A program made the position numbers and the translations under genes. A stretch of 64,000 nucleotides of DNA, taken from assembly GCA_965644315.1 (NCBI GenBank), contig CBFFRQ010000089.1:310001-374000 (forward strand), written 5' to 3'. The notes under the pieces are model-generated. The model was not told where the DNA came from. It worked only from the letters and a program-made list of their open reading frames with translations, and ran no database searches. How positions within the stretch are numbered: position 1 is the stretch's first letter; every line of letters starts with the position of its first letter. Shown piece after piece: positions 1-9,000 of this stretch. This stretch comes from Caecitellus pseudoparvulus. Lineage: Eukaryota; Protista; Bigyra: Bicosoecida.

Positions 1-3000
1 TGAGGGGGGAGCTGACCTTGGGCCGCGCTGTAGAGACAGGTGACGCCAGAGCCGCCGGCTCGTGGGGGGCCGAGGTATCCGCTTTTCCTGCGGAATCCTT
101 CTGCGGTTTGTGCTTCGGTTCCCTTGCGGGAGGTTCAGGTGCTACAGATGTGTCTGGCAGCGACACCCGCACTGCACTTGCCGGGAGGGCTGCTGCTCGT
201 CGAGGGGGTGGGGAGCCCACAGACTCGAACTCCTCGTCTTTCTGCTGTTGCTTCTCCTTTTCCTTCGGCTGTTGGTCGTGCTGCTGCTGTGGGGGCGGCA
301 AATCCTTTGCCGCCTCTCGTGCCTGGTGAGGTTGGGCAGGGGGTGGTGTCTTTCGTGCCGGCACTGCTGCCAGACGGGGAGGGCGAGGGGGCGTTTGCCG
401 GCGCGGACGCCGCACAGCAGCAGTTGCTTGCTCAGGCTGTGGCACAGGGGGGCGGTCCTGCACTCCTCCTCCCTCTGAGGGGCTGGAGCGGGGGGGCGGT
501 GCTTGGTGCAGCGGGGGGGGTGCCACGCGGGCCGGGGGGGGTGTCAGACTCGGTTTGGCACGCTCCTGCCGTTGGGCGACACTGCCCGGCGCGGGACTTG
601 CTCTCTTCCCTGTGCTGGCCAGTGGAGACCTGTGCTGCTGAGGCTGGGTCTGAGGCTGAGGCTGAGGCTGGGGCTGGGTCTGAGGCTGAGGCTGAGGCTG
701 AGGCTGAGGCTGAGGCTGAGGCTGGGTCTGTGCCTTCGGCTTGGGCTGGGGCTGTGCCTTGGACCGACTTGAGTCCGCCTCGCTGGCCTTGCTGGAGGTC
801 GCGGCGGCTGGTGATGGAACTTGTCGACGGGGCGGCGAGAGGGGGGCGGGGGCCAAGTGGCCGCTGGACCGCGATCGGCGCAGGGAGCCTGTCCCGGGTC
901 GGCGTTTGGGTTGCCCCCACTCATCCATGTCGTCCACGTCACTGTCGTCCGAGCTGGATGACGTTGACTCGGCTGCCTGCACGGCGTGGGGCACAAAGGC
1001 AGGCTGTGTCCCAGGACTGGACGACCTCAGATCGTGCTGGTTCAGCTGCGAGAAACGCCGCGAGGGCGTCAGCCCAGCCCGTTCAGGGGCCGGTGGTTCC
1101 TTGCCAGTTGTCTGTGGCTGCGTGCTCGATGGAAGGTAAGCAGGAGAAGCCTGCGCGTCAGACTTGCCAGCAAGTGGCCGGGACACGTCAGGGTCCTGCT
1201 GCGAATGCGATGCCCTCTTGGTCGCAGGCTTGATAAGCCCCGCCAGGGGTGCCTGTGCCGTGGGCTGTCTGCTCTGGGCAGGCGAGGCACTGCGCTGCGC
1301 GGCGGGGGAGGCTGCCCTGCCCTTGCTACTGCCGATGGAGTTGGATGACGGGAAACGCACTAGCACAGGCATGTCGGCCTCCTCCTCCACGGAAGGCGTC
1401 ACCTTGACGGGTGTGGAGCGCTGTCGGGGCAAGTGGGGGCTGCTGGCCCTGCGCTGGAGGGGCTGCGGGGGGGACAGTGCCGATCCTCTGGAGCTGTGCC
1501 GCAAGGTGCCTGGCTGCTGCGCCAGTAACGGGCTCGCTGCAGTGTGTGTTCGGGGTGGTGGCGTTCGTGCGCTGTCCTGTGCTTTTGGTTTTGGCGCAGG
1601 TGGCGGCGATCTGGAATCGCGCGCACTCGAAATTATTGGGCCTGGTTGGGCTTTCGCCAATGGCTTCGGTGCGGGTTTGGCTGCGCTCGACGAAAAGTGG
1701 TGCTGCGGTGCCGTGGAGCGTTCTTGTATGTCTTGCTGCCGAGCAGGGCTGTGCTCACGCTGCGGAGGCACGGCGTGCACCACAGTCACAGGGCTGCTGC
1801 TGTGCCCTGATGTTGCTGCTCGGGGTGGCTTCCCAGTAGAAGGTGAGGGTGCTCCTTTACCGCTGGTTGCAGTTCCTTCAAATGGATCAGGTCCTTCATG
1901 GGTGCCGCGTTTCGCTGTCTGCTGTTGGGCAGGCTTGGTGGCCGGTTCGCCTTGGGCCACCTGGAAACTACGTGACGAACGAGATGACGGGGAGCGCTTC
2001 GGCATGCCCGCTACAGCCGCTTGGCGCCGGCCTGAGCCAATGGGGTTCCGGTGCAGCGCACGGGGGCTCTGCTTGTGTTGTCCACTGGGAGTCGACTTGC
2101 CACCTCGGCCCGGCCCGGACTTGGAAGCGCGGTACTGATCCAGTGACTGAGCACGGGAGGAGGGACGGGGAGCACCAATCGTAGCACGCGAGCCCTTGGG
2201 GCTCTTGGGGTCCTCGTGGGACGGAGGCAGCGTCCGGGCAAACTTCCGGTTCCGCTTCGCCCTGTGCTCTCGCACACACCGAATGCTGTCCAGGCAGCCG
2301 CAGTGGTAGAAGCAGCAGCAGCACAGGACGAGCACGACGAGGCAGATGAGGGCTATGCCAGCAATGAGGGTGCCAGGCGTCTCCTCTTCCGCACTGGGAG
2401 GTAGCACCACCCCTGCTGTGGGGGGCGGCGAGCTGCCTGGGGAGGGGCTAGGCGAGGGCACCAACGCTGCAGCCTGCGCAGCCAACTCAGCATCGAAGAT
2501 AAAGGGCACCCTTGCACCTGGGGTGTCTGGGTGGAAAGCGGTGTAGAAGATCGCGTACTGCCCCGCGCTGGACAGCCTCTGAGGCCGGTGGCCCACTTCC
2601 CGGTTCGCAGACACCGTGACTGCGTGCAGCGGCACCCACTCTTCGTCGGCAGTGAAGGTAAAGATACTCGACGCGGTGTCGTCTGTGGAGGCAATGAGTG
2701 CAAACACGTCCCCATTGGCAACTGCCATGCTCTGCACGCTCCACGCAGCCGAGAACTCCCCGCCGTGTGGGCGGGGAGTCAGACTGGCCATGCGCAGCAC
2801 TGGCTCGGCAGTCGGGTCGAACACCCACAGGGAGTCTTCCAGCGCGAGTGCTTCGCTCCGCCAAGCAAAGAGCACTTCGCTGCCTGCCCGCTTGACAGCG
2901 GCACGGGGAGACCCCATGGGGCTTGCTTCAGTCAGCGCCCCGCGCAGGACGGTGGAGGTGCCGGCTTCAATGTCGTGTGCAACGGCAAGCGCCGTTCCTG

Positions 3001-6000
3001 CACCGTCAGTGAAGAGGAACAGCACTGCCGACCCAACTACAAGCACACCGTGGACGTCTGTTGCTGTGGCATACGAGGGCACCGCGTCTGACACTGGTGC
3101 CACGGTCCACGCTCCAGTCGTGGACCCCGGTCTGGCAACATACAACGCAGATGAGCCGCCTGACGAGGCAGCGAAGTACACACTTTCCGCGCCAGTGCTT
3201 GACCTGTACACATCAGCGTGGGTCGGGTGAGAGCTGCCTGCACCTGGAACAACATCTGCGACCTGCACAAGGCCCGCCGCTTGCCCGCCTGTGATGGGCA
3301 CAAAGTGCAGCTCTGTGCCGTTGCCGGTGTCCGCGACGACGTACAGACCATCACCAGACGCAGCCAGTATGTGGGTGGCTGCATCTGCCGCTTGGAGTGA
3401 CCGAAGTCTGCGTGTAGACGTGCTGGCCAAATCCGCAACTTCCCACACGCCATGCTCGGGCGCGAAGCAGTGCAGTGACGGCCCGCTTGCCTCGTCTGCC
3501 GTGAAGCACGCCGTGCGGGCGTCCAGCAGGGTGAACTGCCGAGGGTTCGAGCTGGCAGTGCCTGTCACAATGTCTGCCATCAGTGCTGAGCTGCCATCTG
3601 CCCGGAGAAGGAACGGCTCCCGCCCAGTAAGAGGCGCTGAGCCGTCCCCAAGGATGACAGTGCTTCCACCACCCCCCTCAGGCCGCCCCACCTGAACAGC
3701 AGCCGTCACTCGCTGAAACACCTGGTCGTCAGTTGTCACCACCATTGCTGCGATGGGCGTCACGGAAGGCGTCGCTGTCGGGGAAGGTGTCGACCCAAGG
3801 GAAGGTGAGGCCGAAGGGGACGCCAGAATCGCAGGAGAGCGTGTTGGGGATGCAGATGCTGCCGAGACTGGCTGCACAGCCGGAGAGCTAGCAGCCGAGG
3901 CGCTGGGCGCGGGCTCCGCGGTGTCGAGGACAGACACAGTGACAGCCTGCGAAATCGCCACTGGAGGGGAGCCATTGTCCTGTCCGAGAAGCGTCAAGGT
4001 GTATGCTGCAGTGCTCTCGAAGTCAAGCTCAGCCGTTGTCATGAGCTGCCACGAATTGTGGGAAACCAACTGCAGCACAAAAGGAGCCACGACGGGCGCC
4101 GCGATTAACGTGACTGTGTCATTCTCGGGGTCCACGGCCATTACACTGCCCAGGGCGGTGCCGACAGGGGCACTCTCCAACACACTGAAAGGCGCCAGCC
4201 CAACGAAAGCTGGTCCTTCGTTGACATTCACCACCTGCACAATGATGCTGAAGCGCGCCACAACTGCGCCGGCCCCGGGTGAGCCAGTATCCACGAGCTC
4301 GACGCCGAGTACGTGGGCAGTGGCAGCCTCCGCATCCAGAGCAATCAAGTTCGTGAGTCGCCACAGCTCATTTGAGACGCTGGAAATCGAGAACGCCATA
4401 CTGGGCTCTTGCAGGCGGAGCAAACCCCATTCCCCCGCGTTTGGGTCCGCTGTCTCAATGTCCAGCGCCAATGTGCCTGGTGGGGCGTTCTCGTAGACAT
4501 TTCCAAGCACAGGTGCGGACGCGTTGGACACACCCACACGGTAGGGTGCCTCGTTCACGGGCACCAGCGCCACGGTCACATTGACAAACGCCACCTGCCG
4601 TGAAGCGCTGTCATCCTCCACGCGCAAGACAAGGGGCAGCAGTGCCGGCAGTGACCCAGAGAACACTCGCAGGTTCCGCATTGCCCATGCTTGGGAGCTG
4701 CCGCTGCCACCCGCTTGAAGGAGCTCAAAGTCTGAGGCATAGTCACCGAGCACCCTCACACTGCTCACTCCATCCCCATCATCGTCTGCAAATTGCACGT
4801 TGCCGACGAGGGAGCCGATGCCCGCACCCTCCAGCACGCTCAATGCCGGAGTGCCGACCAGGTAAGGGGCAGCTGGCACATCAGTGACAGACACATGTAA
4901 AACCAAAGTGGCTGTATGCCCCGCCCCATCCACAGCCTGCACTGTGACCTTCCGAGTCCCAATGACGGCAAACCCCGCACTTGCGTTGGCGTGCTGGAGC
5001 GGCCGGGCTGTGAGAAGTTCCCAGGCTGTGGGTGTTCCGCTGACCGAGAAGTCACCTGCCCACGCCGGTGTGACAGTCACAGACATACCACTAGTGGTGG
5101 TCACATCGTCCGGGTCCACGAGGGCGAAGGAGCCAACAAGGGTGCCAGCTGGGCTTGCCTCCGCCACGGTCAGTGTGCCGGGGTCAGCCGCAAACACGGG
5201 GGCTTCCGCTTCATCTGTGATGGACAAGCTGTGCGAAAATCGAACAGCTGACGCGCTGATGGAGCCGCCTGGAAGGATGTCTTGCACGTCAAAGGACAGC
5301 TCCCAGGCGGGCACAGCAAGCGCCTCAAAGTCCAGGGGGGTCCCAACCACTGGAGTAAACTGCACGAAGAATGTGTTTCCAGACACGCGCTGCGCAGACA
5401 GTGAACTGCCCCACACAGAGGAATTCACAGAAATAGCGGGAGCCGCCAGCTGTGCCATGCCCCCGTCTTCGTCGAGCACACTGACATCAGCCCGGGCACC
5501 TCCAGCTTGCACAGCGACAGGCTGCCGAGTTTCGGCACCACGAATTGCTTCAGTCAGCGTCAGCGCGGAGACAGGGAAGGCCAACTGCGGTGGGTCATTC
5601 ACATCGGTCAAATGGACTGCGACGTTAATGGTGTGGTTCAATCCTGCTGCATCAGCGGCTGTCACGCGCACAGTGGCTGTGTTTGCCCCCTGCTCGAAGT
5701 TCTGCAGGTCGGCCGGCAAGGCACTGGTTGTCACAAGGTCGTAGCCCTGGAATTCGAAGCCTGCTGTGGAGCAAGTGACAGTAACAATGTCCCCCGCATC
5801 CGGGTCGACAACTGCCACTGTTCCGACGTAAACACCAGGGACAAGCGGCGAGCCAGCTGGAACCTCGGGCAAGCTCCACGGCGCAGCCACTCCAGCGACG
5901 CTTGGGGCTTCGTTTGCATCCTGCACGGCAATAGAAATGGCCCCTGTGCGGCTGCGACCCGTGGAGTCTTCCATGTACACGAGCAGGTCAATTGACGGCT

Positions 6001-9000
6001 CAGACTCGTGGTCCAATGGCCGCGCCGAGCGCAGAATCCACACGTCGGCTGGACTGTTGCTAGGCAGGATCGTGAAGGCTGCAGCCCAGCTGCCCTGGAG
6101 AGACACTTCAGGCACTATGTCAGCATCGGGGTCCTTGATGAAGAACCTTCCGACTTCTGTGTTCCCGGGCAGATTCTCCAGCACGTCAAAGTGGATGCTC
6201 TCCACTCGCTGCTCAGTGGTCGTGCTAGCACCTGAGTCGTAGCCAATGGGCAGCATGACTGGCGCCTTCTTAACATCGGTCACTGTCACTTCAACGGTGA
6301 CATCTGGGAGGCCCACTGCTTGCCCTGCTTCCCCGTTCCAAACTGACACGTTTCGGACCACCGACACCGAGAAGAACGGCGTTCGCTCAAAGTTGGGCTT
6401 TCGCGAGGCAACTCGCATGATGAAGTCGCCTGTGGTTGGGTCTTGAGTCATGTTGAACAGGGCTGGCACGCCGGCTGCATCTGGTGGTGACTGGCTTGCA
6501 ATGGCAGCATCGACCATGGTGTCTCCTTCGGGGTCGTTGATGTTGGCCTGCGGGAATCGAGCGACCTCCGTGCCAAGAGGGGAGTTCTCTTGCAATGCCA
6601 CTTGAATCAGCGTCGGGGTGGAGCTGGTCGGCGCCTCATTCACGTTGCGCAGGACGATTTCCAGCTGCAAATCAAATACCTCCACAGAGGCATCTCCCGT
6701 CACAGGATCACAGCCGCCAGGACCTTGGTACGCGTCTGTGACCTTCAACGGGATGTGTATCGTGTAGCTTTCCAACACGGTGGCGGGCGGGTCGTTGCGA
6801 GCTCCGGCAATGCCTTCAAAGTCCAGGCCATCCGTCAGGATGCCAGGGGTCCCAGCGGGAGCTGGTCTGAAGAGGGAGCTGACAGCGAAGTCAAGCTCAG
6901 GCCAGGGCACGGCTCCGTTGCTCTGCACTGTGCCAGTTGCAGAGTTAAAGTGGTGGCACAGGATCGAGTAGGGGTTCCCGTCAGCATCTGTCACTGTTGC
7001 TGTGAAGTTCAGCGGCCGCTCTTCAAGTACTGTTACTGGGGCCAGGACAGCAGAGCCAGCGTGCTCGTTGGGGTCATCCAACACTGTCAGGTTGAAGTGC
7101 AGTGTTTGATTTCTGGCAAAGGAGCCAGAGCTGTCGTCCACTACCAGCACGATTTGGACGCGAGCGCTCGCTCTAGATCCGGGCTGATGCTCTAGCAAGC
7201 TGTCTTCACCCGCTGCCTGCAGCCGCGCCGCCAGAGCCTCGAAGTCCACAGAGGCGCTGAGCTCGATGTCCAGAGAGGCAGACCCTGCCTGGACGTTCGC
7301 ATCAGGGAACACCACCTGCAGGGGCAGCACGCTGGAGTCGAGCACCTCTGACCCTGGGCTGTTCAGGGCAGGCAACGAGCTGAAAAAGCGGAAGTGGCCC
7401 GCTTCACGGTTTGTGTTCCCGGCCACATAATCACCATCCGACAAGGTCACCGTGCCGACCACAAACCCTGTTGTTTGCACGCCTTCCGTCAAGTCGATGT
7501 TCGGGTTTGACAGCACCAGAGGCGACAGAGGTAGGCTTCGACGGGCGATCATCACAGTGAAGGGCGCCAGAAGGTCTGCCCAAGTTCCGTTGCCGTGGTC
7601 CACTGCAACAGCCAGCTCCACTTCCGCCGCAGGCGCGTCTCGAACACACTCAATCAAACTGCTGTCGGCCGCACATGCGGCGCACTGCGGCAAGGGGCCT
7701 CCTGACGTTGCCTGGCACTCTGCTCCAGGCGCTGCCACCAAAATGCTGGCCAGATCAGCTGATCTAAACGCCACAGCGTACTCTGCCTGCCCTTCGTGCA
7801 CCACGGACTCGGGGAGGGTGACAAGGAACGGGACCAGGGAGGTGTTCAGCGGTGCCCCGCTGACACCTCCTTCGTTCAATGCATCCGTCGTCGCCGTCAC
7901 TTGGACCTGGCCTGGAGCGTGCATCCCAGTGGCAGCGGCAGCGGTCATGATGTCCTCGTCCGCCACACGCAGGACAGCAAGACTGTAGTTCTGGCCATCT
8001 GTGATGGCGAGAGGGAGTGCTGGCATGAATGCCATGCTTGTGACTGGGTCATTGGTGTCCTGGAGTACGAAGGACAGCGAAGCAGGTGTTGCACCTGCTC
8101 GGGGGCTTCCAGCGCGCCCACTGTTGGACGCGATGGCAAGGTCGAGGGACACGTCTGAGCGATCAGAGGCGGTGTCCCTCCCGGCGGCGCGCGCCACAGC
8201 CTCAAAGTCCAAGCTTGCCAAGGCGCTCACGGTAAAATTGGCTCCCCCAAAGCTAACTTCAATGGCAGAGACAGACAATGGGAGGAGGGAAGCATTCACG
8301 GCACCTTGAGCGAGCCCGCCCTCATTCAGCGCCGCATTGGAGGTGGACACCAAGACTGCGCCGCCCAGGTCTGCTTCTGTGCCGGGCATGAAGTCGCCAT
8401 CTTGCACGGCGACTACGACAACCGGATCGGGTGTTGTGTTTTCCTGAAACGTTCCGCCACCGCTGGCTACCACTGCCGAGGTAGGTTCCTCTGCATCCAG
8501 CACGGTGAAGTCTAACGTTCTGGGCGCTTGAAGGCGGAAGCCAATCCCCCCCCCGCCGCCGTACACAGTGATGTTCACCGAAATGCCTGGGCGTGGGCTT
8601 GTCCCAGGCATCCCAAGAGTCTGGGCTAGTGCCTCATAGCTGATTTGTGTGCCCACTTGGACGTCAAAGTCGGCCTGCCCCTCACTGGCAGTGTGAGGCA
8701 CGACGGTGAGGTTCACTGGGTTGTCCGCAAGTGGCTGGAGGGCCCCTCCCCCCTCGTTGAGGTCCGCGAGGGATGCCAACGCGGTCAGCAAAATCAGATC
8801 TGGGGCAGGAGATGCCCCGGCGACAAAGTCTGGGTCCACCACCGTGACTCGTGTGATGAATGAAGGGAAGGACCCCTCTTCCAGCACGTTGGGACTCAGC
8901 TGAGCAAAGCTGACGGAGGTAGTTTGCTCCTCGACAGGCAGCAGGGTGATGTTGAACGTCGTCGCTGTGGTGCCATCCACTGTCACGTTCACAAACTGCC

